Both the position numbers and the translations under genes were made by a program. From the NCBI GenBank assembly GCA_026770705.1, contig JANJGN010000035.1, positions 13,950,001-14,014,000 on the forward strand: DNA of 64,000 nucleotides, in the 5' to 3' direction. The notes under the pieces are model-generated. The model searched no databases. It was not told the origin of the DNA and worked only from the letters and a program-made list of their open reading frames with translations. The stretch's first letter is position 1. Every line of letters starts with the position of its first letter. Below, in pieces: positions 39,114-50,755 of this stretch. This DNA comes from Isurus oxyrinchus (lineage: Eukaryota).

Positions 39114-39170
39114 CTTCATAACATGAATGATTCAAATCAGCGGCCGAGCCCACCCACAAAACCTATTCAT
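39114..39170 (-). pseudogene. Leader-like first exon candidate
   Basis: ATG...MNRFCGWARPLI*IIHVMK|gtatta, with a tgcgcacgc motif and a CCAAT box about 20-40 nt upstream. Contains an internal stop and ends in phase 0 rather than the expected phase 1. Confidence 0.25.
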
Positions 39171-39491
39171 TTCAGCGCCTCAGGCACGAGCGTGCGCAGT
39201 GCTGCCAATAGGATACCTTTCCAAACTGGACACGGGTATCATTTTTAATGGCACATTTCCGTGCTGACAAAATGGAGAGTGGTTACATCTTATGACACTG
39301 CAAAATAGCGAGTGGTTGGTGGCAGTGAGAAGATTGATGAGGAGGAGGCAAAGTGAGGATTACGGCCAGTGGGTGTTGGAAATGTTCTCTAGAGGGCGGA
39401 TCTCTTTGCAATGGAATGAAAAATAAAGGAAAGAGACTCCAATACCTGTTGTGAGACTTTGAAGAGAGCTGTCTGAAAATAAACTTTGTGA

Positions 39492-39564
39492 GACCGAATA
39501 AGTCTGCCGGTAAAACTTCAGGCTTTTAATTTGTGAGTCTGGGTTTCAAGTCCAGACTCAAGCA
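39492..39564 (+). pseudogene. tRNA-Lys(TTT) pseudogene, heavily decayed
   Basis: Ungapped match of about 50/73 to vertebrate tRNA-Lys-TTT as recalled; CTTTTAA anticodon loop and TTCAAGTCC retained; stems broken. Confidence 0.7.
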
Positions 39565-39825
39565 TTGCTGATTCGCCCCGAACTTCAACTCTATCGAAAG
39601 AATTCGGAGCTGAAAGGAACTCACCTTGGCTGCGCCTTTATAGTGTGTGACTTGCCAGACATTTGTAAAATTTAGGTGTCTTCTGCTCTGAAGAACGGTC
39701 ACAGGGATTCAAAACGTTAACCATCTTTCTCTCTCCGCAGCTGTCGCCAGACCTGATCAGTTTCTCCAGTGTTTTCTTTGGCTATCTGTTTTATTGCTGT
39801 CCTACCCAGGATGTAGATGAAATTC

Positions 39826-40154
39826 AGATTAAGTAGGGGGTGTTTGTAGTTATCACAATAGTAATCTTGTAGAGGATTGTAACCGTTTACAATCCTTCTC
39901 ATGGCAATAGATGTTTGATTTAACTTGAATAAAAACCTCTTGAGACTGGGTTGTCTTATTACCTCTGAAATGAAAGCATGCATCTTGAAATTGCAAAAAA
40001 AATAAAAATAAATATTATGACAGTAGATTCAAGTTTCCTTCTGGGTTTGAGGAACTCAGCATTTACCATCGGCTGTGCCATAATAATTGGCCAAAGTTCC
40101 TGCCACCCGTGAGATGCTGAAAAGCAAGTCATTGCCGCCGAGTTTTCTTCCTGA
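39826..40154. repeat. 329 bp inverted repeat, left arm
   Basis: Reverse complement of 40,650-40,978 with no mismatch seen; ORFs 39717-39983(-) and 40821-41039(+) share their first 53 aa exactly. Confidence 0.97.
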
Positions 40155-40649
40155 CCCTATCTGATTGAGAAGTGGCTCCAAAGCCAGAATCTTTGCACCT
40201 TATCTCAGTTTGAGAAGTTTCAATCTTTTTCTTTCTCTGTCAGAATGTTGTTCCACATTTCCTACTAGCATTTTTTTTTACTGCTTTTAGGCTTGGCTCT
40301 TGATTGGCCGAGATATTCCAATTTTTCAGGCTCGGGAAAAAGGAGCTTTCTTCATATATAACCTTTAATGCAATAAAGCGACCGCGATATGTCCAATCAT
40401 CATCCGCCTGCGGTAAAGGCAATAGGAGAAAGAATGATGCGAATTGTGCTCTTCATTAACCATTAAAAATATGATTGAAGCAGCTTCCACCCCAGGCCAA
40501 TAAAATATTGGTGTTTCTCTGTTGACTGTCTTTTAGAAAGTCACAAACAGGGGCTCGAGCAACATCCGCTGACTTAAGGGACTTTTCCAACGTTCTATAT
40601 GGTCATGGCTCATCTTGTTTCTAAAGACTACCTTCCTGAACTGTAGTTT

Positions 40650-40978
40650 TCAGGAAGAAAACTCGGCGGCAATGACTTGCTTTTCAGCATCTCACGGGTG
40701 GCAGGAACTTTGGCCAATTATTATGGCACAGCCGATGGTAAATGCTGAGTTCCTCAAACCCAGAAGGAAACTTGAATCTACTGTCATAATATTTATTTTT
40801 ATTTTTTTTGCAATTTCAAGATGCATGCTTTCATTTCAGAGGTAATAAGACAACCCAGTCTCAAGAGGTTTTTATTCAAGTTAAATCAAACATCTATTGC
40901 CATGAGAAGGATTGTAAACGGTTACAATCCTCTACAAGATTACTATTGTGATAACTACAAACACCCCCTACTTAATCT
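40650..40978. repeat. 329 bp inverted repeat, right arm
   Basis: tcaggaagaaaact...cccctacttaatct is the reverse complement of 39,826-40,154. Confidence 0.97.
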
Positions 40979-41836
40979 TCGTTCTGCCAGGACACAGAGA
41001 AATATCCAAACTTGTCCTGAAAACAATAAGCGCAGTTGACCTGAGTTTGAAATTCAGAATCTACAAAAGCCTATGGATAAAAAGATTTTGGAAGGTACGT
41101 TAATGAAAGTACAGTCGCTGGAGACTGTAGTGCTGACTGTCAGATTCTCAGAACAAGGCTTCAGCCATTATCACCGAGAGGAGGAAATGTTTTCATTCAT
41201 AGTCTTGTGAACCTTCTGAATTCTAGACAGGGGAGAACTGCGCATGCTCGCTGATTACAATCGAAGCTGATGTCGATAATTCCTGGTCTTCTGTCAGAAC
41301 AAAAGGGACACAAGGAAATTTCAGGAAGGTCACATTGGCTGGCAGATGCACAATGACCATATTAAAATTTAGAGTGGTCCTGTTTTGGCAGTAGATGCTG
41401 CTACTGCTTCTATTGCTGAAATTCTTACAGACACGGGCCAGAGCAATGCGCAGGTTTCAGTGACCTCAGAAAGGAAGGAGAGCAAATTCCTAATTTTAGT
41501 GGCTTAATCTGGAATTCAATTTGCAAACCGCGGGTTCCGATGTCCATTAAAGTGTTAAAATTATGAGTGGACCAATGGCGATGTCTTTGGTTTTCAATTT
41601 GTGATGAGGGGAGAAACTTATTCAGCCTGTCCTGTAGGACAGAAAGTTCTACTCCAAACAAGGTGCACTGTTTACAAAAAAATCTCGCTGTGAATTCACC
41701 AGAAATTCGTGGAAATACATTAACGGCAGAAACAGTTTGACCAATATTTGGCGGACACACAAGCATGCACGTTGAGGCTGTAGGAAAATCCAGAATCAGC
41801 TTCTTCGGGCTCCAGCAAACAACTGAGATGAAAGAT

Positions 41837-41909
41837 CAACCGAATAGGAACTTGAACCCTGGACCCTCAGACGAAAGGTCTGATACTCTACCGACTGAGC
41901 TATCCCATC
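41837..41909 (-). pseudogene. tRNA-Lys(TTT) pseudogene
   Basis: Minus strand GATGGGATAGCTCAGTCGGTAGAGTATCAGACCTTTCGTCTGAGGGTCCAGGGTTCAAGTTCCTATTCGGTTG, about 62/73 identical to vertebrate tRNA-Lys-TTT as recalled. A and B boxes are retained; acceptor stem and anticodon loop are mutated. Confidence 0.88.
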
Positions 41910-43729
41910 TACATTCTGCACGCGCTGAAATTTCTGACTTCAGGCACAGCAGAACAGTGGGAGTGTGTTTATTATATTCAAGTCAGTTAGCATATTTCCC
42001 GAGTGTCTGTCAGAACAGAGGGATATGAAGACTGATCAAGGAGGCGAAATTGACTGAGAGGGTGATTCATGCACCTATTGAATATGAGGGTAGTCCTGAA
42101 GGCCAGGAACATCTAATGCTGCTCCAACTTCTGATTTTCTTATAGACACTCGTCCGAGCAAAATGCGGCATTATGTTGAGCTCACGTGGAAGGAAGTTAG
42201 ATTCAGAAGCAGCTTTCCACAGGGTATTCTGTCAATTCACCATACAGTTAGAAAAACGTGGCCTGCTGTTGTCCCCACTATCTTTAAATGAAGAGCGGGC
42301 TGATGGAGATATCGATATTGTTGAGACTTTTAAACATGGGGAAACTATTTCAGTTTGGTGAAATTTGTGGTCGCCCATTTAATGACAGAGATGAGTAGGA
42401 TTATTTTTGTTCTCTCTGAGGGTAATGCAACCATGGAACACTGTGCCTTACAAGGCGCTTGAAGCGCGGGTCACTGAATATTTTTTGGCAGAGTGATATA
42501 GATAGATGATTCCATAAAAGCAAAGCACTGCTGATGCTGAAATTGGAAACAAAAACACAAATTGCTGCAAAAAAAAAACCAGCAGATCTAAGAGCACCTT
42601 TGGGGAGAAAATTAATTAAAGTTTCGACTCCGTATGACTCTTCTCCTAAGCAGAGAGGCTCTTGTGAGGAAGGGAATCAATGGTTATGGGGAAGATGCCA
42701 GGGTAGATGAGATTGTGGAACTCAAAGCACAAGCCCATCAGAGCCATGATTGCATGCAGTGATGGAGCAGGCTCATGGAGTCAATAGCTCTACTCCTGTT
42801 CCTAATTCGTATGTCCTGACAAATGGGAAGATCTAGGCCAATCATTGGCCAAGTCAGGATGCAATTCCATCTGACAGAAAGATGCTATGGAAATATTCAA
42901 TACCATTCTCTGAAAAAATGATCAAAGCTATGAAGTCTTGGCAAATATATGCGCTTGTAAATACATTCTGAAACACATCGCAGCCTATTTCAAGCAGACA
43001 GCAAAAATCTCGGCGACCCCCGCTTACACTGCTGTGATTCACATGAGTTGAATACCGAAGCTTCACGAGTCAATCAAAAAGCATTTTGAACCCAGAACAC
43101 TCAAATTTGAATTCGAATCCTCCAGAAAGTGAGCCATCATTTTGCTCAGGCACCGAGCTTCGTTGCCTCGAAAGGTATCACATCCTTCCCATATAATGCA
43201 TTTTATACCTAAAAATCTTCCCTCAACAAGTCATCTCCAGCAATCGCAGATCCAATCCTTTCTCATCAGAGATATTCTTCCTGTCCACAATTCTCGATCT
43301 TAAACGCTGCCATGTGATCTAGCAAATGCACTTTCCCAATGTAGCTCTCTGGTGCCCTAAATATTTTAAAGATGAAGTTAATTGAGAGACCAGGATGCTG
43401 CAGAAATGGGAGCCCCGACATTACAATTTGACGGATTATGCAATTAGGGCCGATGAAACGATGTAATGTGTTGTTGGTCCTGGGAAAGTGCGATATCATT
43501 CACTTTGAAAGCAACTCGATGTCAGTGTGGTGAATCACATCATTTGCGAGCAGTTATGAGACTTTAGAAGGTGGCGATCTTCCTTCAAACATTGGACTTT
43601 TTACCGTCTTCCACCAAGTTTCCTTAACTCATGTTTTGGTTGCGGAGAAAGAGACCTTTCAGCCACTTGTCATTCATGGGCTAGGAATATGAGAAATTGA
43701 GGCAATGGCAGGAATTCAACAGCACATTC

Positions 43730-44030
43730 CAAACTCAGGATCACGTCCACCTAGAAGGATAAGGGTAGCAGATAGATGGGAAAGCCATCACTGATAATTT
43801 CCTGTCCAAGCCTTTCACCATGCTGACCTGGAAATATATTGGCCATTCATTCACTGTCGCTGGGACTAAATCTGGAACTCCCTCCCTAACCTCCTTGTGG
43901 GTCTACGTGCATCACAGGAATCGTATTGGTTCAGCAAGGCAGCTCCACCACCTTCTCAACGGACAATTTTGGAAGTGCAATAAATGCTGGCCCAGCCAGC
44001 GATGCCAACATAAAAGAATTATAAAAGACA
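43730..44030 (+). mobile_element. LINE 3' tail fragment (copy B only)
   Basis: ccacctagaaggataagggtagcagata...cctggaaatatattggccattcattcactgtcgctggg...caataaatgctggcccagccagcgatgcc. Confidence 0.8.
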
Positions 44031-46199
44031 AAGAACCTGTCGAAATATACCGCTACGTAACTTCATGACTCATCTTCAAACTTAACATTTTCCATAAGTT
44101 GGCTTGTTTACAACTCCTGAGTAAGATTGTGTCCTCAGACAGTTATGTTCTCAATGTTTACAAACCTCGCAAAAGTGGTCGCAACACACGAGTGTCAAAC
44201 TTGCCTTTCGGCACCCAGGCCTGAATGCCGCTGGCTTACTTCTTGATGTGCAGGTATAATGGCGATGTTGAAGTAATATTCAGCACCTCAAGAAAGTTAT
44301 CTCTTACTCTTCCAAACTCTAGTGGATATAAACCTGCCAAATCATTCTTCATAAGAGAACCCACCCATTCCAAATGTTAGTGTGATTAAACCTTGTTGAA
44401 ATGCTCCCAACGCTTTTCCAAACTTCCTTAAATAAGTTGACCAATTTTGTACACTGAGCCCTGGCCCTCTTCTCTATCATATCTACTGCGCTTCTGCCCC
44501 TCTGCCACCACAATAACTCCCAAAGGAGACATGTGGGGAAGGGGAGCAGTGTCCGGTGAAAGGACAACCATGGAGTTTGCCCGAGGCAACAGAGTGAGGC
44601 TGGGGCAGGTGAGGGATGGTTTTCCCCCCTCCCCCCACATGCTGTTCCTTCCCTTCCACCACGACCACCCGGGTCCTCTCGCCATCAGTGCTGCTCAATT
44701 GTTTCTCCCCACCCACCCCCGCCGCCACCCTCCACTCTCCACTGTGGAAAGCCGCAGCATGAGGGCATTGCAGAATGCTGCAGTGACAACCTCACTTCCC
44801 CGGAGATCCTACCTCCGTGAATGCCTTTCGCCCAACAACTCAGGCAGTACCCGGGGTGTCAATCAACAAGACCCGCCCCTCGGCCGACCAACCCGGCCCA
44901 CTAACACAACCATTGTGGCAACATCGTGAGAGAGATAGGGGGTCTTGATGAACTCAGAATCACCTGTTCAACAATTAGTAACTGAGTTCTTTTCAGTTGC
45001 AGCCGATGTCCGAACTTTGTTCATTGTTCCAAATGTTCCTTCTACATCAGAAGATCGTGTTTCACCTTATGCACACAATTGAAATAGTAGCTTCTCAAAT
45101 TCCCCGTCATTCCCACGAAGGAAAATAGAACAGGCCATACTTGTGTCTTCCACCATTAAATACAATACTGTGCAATTAACATGGTGCTGTTGCAATCTGT
45201 TCACACGCATTCTCTCTATCATCTACTTACACCTTTTTAAACATGGATTACGCCAAATTTAATTTGGATAAAATACGATTCTGTAAATTTGGACAACTTT
45301 CGTATTTTAGGTGTGCATTTTAACTTTCACACCCAGTAACTACATCCTCAACTAAAGAAGAGATTGTTTACAGTAGAACAGACAGCATGAGAGGAATTGG
45401 ATTGATCCACCTGACAGGTAGGGGAGCAATGTCATGCCATTATATCTTTAATTCAGGTTGTCCACAGAATGTTAATTAGATTGCTGTTATCTTGAAAAGT
45501 AGATCGATTTATTAGCATTTGCGAGAAAAACTACTTTAACTTTAAATCGGTTACAATGATGACATTTTATATCTTCCGGACCACCGCGCTGCTACAAATT
45601 GAGAATGAGCCTGTAAAACTGAGAGGGGTTTCAGGTTACCTCAAATTTGCAGTTACCCGCCCTGCCTGCATTAATTAATGGAAGGAAATTCAGACACTCA
45701 GCAACAGGGGCGCTCGGAGTTCATGTTGCCTTTTGGTTCCATTCTGTTGGTAATAAGCACTAATTCAGCTTGGCGGGATGAGGGCTTTTGAACAGGCAGC
45801 AATGTGGAGTTCAGGCCACAATCAGGTCAGCCATGAGGTGCAGAGCGGGCTCCATGGGTCAAATGCCCTTGCGCCTGCTCATATTGCTAAAGCTTTTGTT
45901 TTCATACGATGGTGGTGTAGTGTTGATGTCACTGAACTCGTAATCCGGAGACCCAGGCTCATGGTCTGGGGTTATGGTGGTATTTAATGGCAGGCGGTGG
46001 AATTTCAATAAACTTGCCTATGCTGCCTGGTGCAATAGAACAAATTTTGATCTAGTTCTGTGAAACAAAGCAAAGCATCCCAAAACATTCAGAAAGAATG
46101 TTATTCAAAAAGAATTCCTTCTTAATTGAAAGAAGACAATCAATTCTAAATTAAAGCTGAGTTTAATGAAGGTATGACAAGCACGGACAGAATTTGATT

Positions 46200-47530
46200 C
46201 CCATCTCCTTTTGAACTCCTCTAGCCCCTGCAATCTTCTCTCTGTCTATAAATTCCTCCAACTCCTACAGCCCACAAACCTGCTGGTGCCTTATTTAGCC
46301 ACAACAGCCTATGGTAAAACCTGCCAGGCCCTACATATGTATACTGTTCAAAGCCAGACAAACAGACTTTTCCTCAAGAATCTCCCAAATGCTGAAAACC
46401 TTCTTATCTCTTTAACATCAACCAACCACAAAAACGTTCAGCATATCCTTAACGTCCGCTCACACCTCCAAACTTCCCTAATGCTTTACAGTTATCCACT
46501 CCCTATCTCTTGAAACTTGTACAGTTCCAAAAATCTGACCTATAATAGCATAATCATTCAGCCTGTACAATGCTTCCTAAGTCTGTAATATCCTCCAGAC
46601 AGTAACGGATAATCCCTATTGTTGTAAACTCCTGCAGCACAAAAAATCCTCCCTAACTCTGAATCGCTCCCCAACTGCTGCAGCGCCCCCAATGCCTGTA
46701 ACATCTTCTAGCCCGACAACAATTTCTGCCTCTGTAACCTCCTTCAATCCCTAAAGTGCCCATTTATCTCTGTAACCTCCTACAGCACTTGCAACTGTCC
46801 CTCTGTGTTAAAAATTCAGCTGCCAATACGATTCTCCATAATTCGGTGATGTCACCCAGCAACGACCACCTTTCTGACTCTGTGACCTCCATCAGCCTCT
46901 AACCATGAATATGCCTGCAAATCAAATCCCATCATCCGCTATAATCCACTCAAAATAATTTACCAACTCCAGTTCATGCAACGCTACCTATCTCGATAAC
47001 CTCCTATAGCTGCTACAACGCCGCTATCACTGTAACCTCCCTCCTAATCAGACTCTAGTCCTATATCTCCTGCAGCCCCTGCAAACCTCCCTCTCTCTGT
47101 GACCACCTGTAGCCCCCACAAACCCTCTCTCCCTGTAAGGTCCTTCTGCCCCCACAATTATCTCTATCTCTGTAACCTCGTCCAGCTCCTACAATGCTCC
47201 AGAACTCTGTAGCATCCTCTAGCCACCCCCACAAACCTTCCTATCTCTGTAAGTTCGTCCATCCCAAAGGACACTCCCAATCTGTGCACGTTCCTCCAAA
47301 ACCTGCATACCCACTTATCTCTGTAATATCCTCCAGCCTCTCCAAACGTCCTGACCTATGCATCGTCCTTCAGATACAGCAACCCTCCCTATCTCTTCAA
47401 TTTGTTCCAGTGACTACAACATTTCCTCGCTCCCTCACTATCTCTATAACCTCCTGTAGCACCCACAAACCTTCTTATCTCTGTTACCTCCTCCTGCCCC
47501 TTTAGCCCCCCATTAACACTGTCACCTACA
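46200..47530 (+). repeat. Degenerate ~36-37 bp minisatellite, paralog of 5,340-7,610
   Basis: Repeated tatctctgtaacctcct-cagc-cc-acaa. Confidence 0.9.
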
Positions 47531-47821
47531 TCAACAACTCATTCATTACACTTTGGCTTTTACTGGAAGGATGCTACGTGCAACTTGGTTGTAACGTTTT
47601 CATAGTACAATAGTGACAACATTTTTTTAAATAAAAGTCATCAATTGTGGTATCTTATTTATGGTATATTATTTTTTGGGAAATGCAATTTTCCCTTAAA
47701 TAATTGCACCATTGCTCCCTCAAGGCATAAGTTCTCACAAAACACAAAACCGCAGGAAGGAGCTTTTTTCCACAATTATTTAGATTGGACGATATGCAGT
47801 AGTCAGTAAGGCACAATTTTT

Positions 47822-48880
47822 TAGGGGTTATGTTACTGGACTAATAATTCAGGTCTCAAGTATGTAGGGATTGTGTTAGTGGACTAATAATCCAACGTAC
47901 AGGAGTGTAGGTGTTAAGCCGCTGTGAGAATATTCCAGGGTACAGTTGTTTAAGGGCTATGTTACTGAACTAAAAATCCAAGATACTGTAGTTTAGGGGT
48001 TATGGTTTGTACAAATAATCCAGGGTACAGGAGTGTAGAGACTATGTTACTTAACGAATAACGAAGGGTATATGAGTGCAGGGGTTATGTCGTTGGGCCA
48101 TGTATCCAGATTACTGGAGCATAGGTCCTATGTTACTTGCATAGTAATGCAGAGTAAATTTGTCTAGAGATTATGTTGCTGCACTAATAATCCTGGATAA
48201 AGTTGTGTAGATGTTATGTTACTGGGCTAATAATCCATGGCGTAGTAGCATTGGGTTTATGTTACTGGACTAAGAAACCAGGATACAGTATTGTAGAGGT
48301 TATACTTTGGGCTACTAACCTAGGATACAGTCGTATTGGGTTTGTGTTACCAGAATAATAATGCAGGGTACAGCATTGTAGTGATTTTGTTACTGTACTA
48401 ATAATCAATGGCAAAGTTGTTTCATGTTTATGTTATGGAACATATAATCCAGGGTACAATATTATAGTGGTAATTTTGCTGAACGAATAATCCGAGGTAC
48501 AGCGTTTTATTGGTTAAACTACTGGACTAATAATAAAGGGTAGAGTAGTGTTAGGATTATTTTACTGGACTAATAATCCAGTGTAAAGTAGTTTTGGAGT
48601 TATTTTGCTGGGCTAATATCAATGGTACTGTAGTGCACTAGTTATTGGACAAAAAAACTAGGTTACAATAATGTAGGGATATTTTTTTACTGGACAAATA
48701 ATCCAGTGTGTATTATTCTGCGGTCCATTTTACTGGGTTAGTAATCCAGGGCACAGTAGTATAGTGATTATGCAGCAAAATTTCTAATCCAGAGAACAAT
48801 ATTAGGTGTGTTACATTCCTTGACTAATAGTCATTTTTTCAACAGAATATTGGTTATGTTATTGGATTAAAAATCCAGTG
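47822..48880 (+). repeat. Degenerate 43 bp minisatellite, paralog of 7,885-8,790
   Basis: ttatgttact at 47,828 and ttgtgttagt at 47,871 (period 43); about 25 units. Confidence 0.92.
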
Positions 48881-50074
48881 CTGTCGATTTATTATCCTAC
48901 TTAACGTGATGTGGGCGACACTGGTTGTATCTGAATTTCTTGCCCCTCCCTTGTCGCTCTTGAGAAGATAGTGGTGAGCCGCATTCTTTAGCCGCTGCAG
49001 TCCCTGCAAAGCTGGTGCACCCAATCAATTTCCTGTTAGAGGGGGAGCTGCAGATCTGTGACCCAGCAATTATGAAGGAATGGTGATATAATTCCAAGTG
49101 AGCTTGGTGAATGGCTTGAACGGCTCTTCCAGCTGATGGTCTTTCTAACAATCCCTTACATTTAAAGCAATTGCCGCTAATGATCGAGAATGCTACACTG
49201 TCTATAGGATTAAAAAAGAACTAAACAGCATCAATACGAGAATTATTAACTTACTCATGTTAAACACATACCAAGGCAATGATGTTCTAAGTTTTCACTA
49301 TCTCGAATACAGATTGAATAATCAGTTGGTAAAACTAACCTGATGGGATGTGTTCTTCCTGTTTTCCAAACGGAACAAAAGTTTCCATGCAAATAGATGC
49401 ACCATTTTATTGAAATTTCCAAACGATTGATGCATGAAGAATGGAGAGTCAGCTACACCTGACCTGACAAAAACAATCATCTACCGACCTGAATAAACAG
49501 TAAAGTTTTTAACAGTTAAGCAACAGCCGAATGAGCAGTCGAAAAAAATAAATAAATAATTGGTCTTAAATTTTGAACAGAAGTCCAATATATGATACTT
49601 TGTCACTTTATTTAGTACGTAACCAGCGCTGGAGTACAACATGGCTCAAATAAAGCTTGGCTTTTTAGTGCAGAAAGTTCGAGATGGAAAACCCTCATCA
49701 ACATCTTAAATTGACCATTTACAATTGAGGCAGCGGGCGATCGAGGGTGCCGTCTGAGGCGACTGTCTACCGCTCTTCTGCGGCTCTGTTCACGGCCGGG
49801 TGACCCTGGTGAGGGAGCAGGCAGTGTCTGCTTGCATTCTCGAAACCTTCCGTGCTCGCTTGCGCCGCTGGGGCTGGGCTGATTTATTGACCTTGTTAAT
49901 AACATTTTGGTTTCATGTTTGTCACTTGCCTTTTTTTTTCTTAGTTCTTGCAGTTTCAACTTAAGTGGCTGACCTTTACATTGTCCCTTCATTTGAAAAT
50001 TTAGTTCATTTGGCTGACTCAAAGCAGTTACACAGAACGCAAAAGCCGTCAATAAGTTGTTTTTTTACGTCATT

Positions 50075-50212
50075 TTGAAGTGTTTCGGAAAAAAAGAGAC
50101 TTGCCGAATCTTTTCGTCTTGCGCTCATCTGGCGAGTTGATAGACTTGTGAAGTATTCTGAGGAGTGCAAGAAGAAAATCTTCAACATGTCTTTTTTTCA
50201 TCGATACTCTAG
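50075..50212. mobile_element. Small palindromic element with two opposed hammerhead-like modules (paralog of 9,912-10,041)
   Basis: Minus arm cCAGATGAGCGCAAGACGAAAAGATTCggca; plus arm CTGAGGAGTGCAAGAAGAAAATCTTCaaca. Confidence 0.65.
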
Positions 50213-50514
50213 CGATTATTTACAATTTAGGACGTGTATTTCATTGAAACCTTGGGGCCGAAAATATTAAACGATCAGAGATAATATCTGAATACTCATG
50301 GAGATGCATTTGTAACAAGTTGGTGTCGTTTTAAATTTGAATTCCACCTTAAAATGCAAGGTATCAGACAAGCTGTGGTCCACACGTGGCAGGTTTGCAC
50401 TGGAAGGGACGTTTGGGTGTCGCGGTATGGACTGTTAACGTCATAGGGATTAGAGTGAGTGAACGCCCAACGTGACAATAGCCTCACACTGGAACTCAAC
50501 CACATTGATGCGGG

Positions 50515-50755
50515 CCTGAAATCACATGTGGGCCAGGCCAGGTAGGGACGGCTGATTTCCTTCCATAAACGACAACAGAGGACAAAATGTTTTGCTTACA
50601 ACAATCGGCAAAGTTTTCATGGTCATCATTAGCTTTATTAATTCAAGATTTTCACTTAATTCAAATTTCACCACCTGCCATGGACGGATCAAACCCGGTT
50701 CCCCTGGGTCTCTGGAATTCCAGTCCAGTGGCAAAAACGCTATTCCATAGCCTCA
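50515..50755 (-). mobile_element. tRNA-headed SINE (partial)
   Basis: tcacatgtgggccaggccaggtagggacggctgatttccttcc...aattcaaatttcaccacctgccatg...ccctgggtctctggaattccagtccagtg. Confidence 0.75.

Larger units (their letters stand above)
26884..39170 (-). pseudogene. Putative decayed Ig-superfamily membrane receptor pseudogene (leader - V-like? - C1-like - TM-like - ITIM tail)
   Basis: Series of minus-strand exon-like segments with AG/GT sites in plausible order and largely compatible phases: 39,114-39,170; about 35,295-35,750; 34,195-34,498; 33,913-33,987; 32,160-32,377; 27,848-27,882; 26,884-27,051. Most contain stops or frameshifts. Model assembled by eye. Confidence 0.4.

Noticed and set aside
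39624-39672. Minus-strand MSGKSHTIKAQP|gtgagt as a first exon, or TATAAAG as a TATA box
   Set aside because: Good donor, but the peptide is not leader-like, the TATA is too close to the donor, and the segment abuts a Penelope tail. Kept only as an alternative 5' exon.
39717-41039. Twin ORFs MHAFISEV... as duplicated genes
   Set aside because: Identity simply reflects the inverted repeat; they diverge at the arm boundary and have no recognisable domain.
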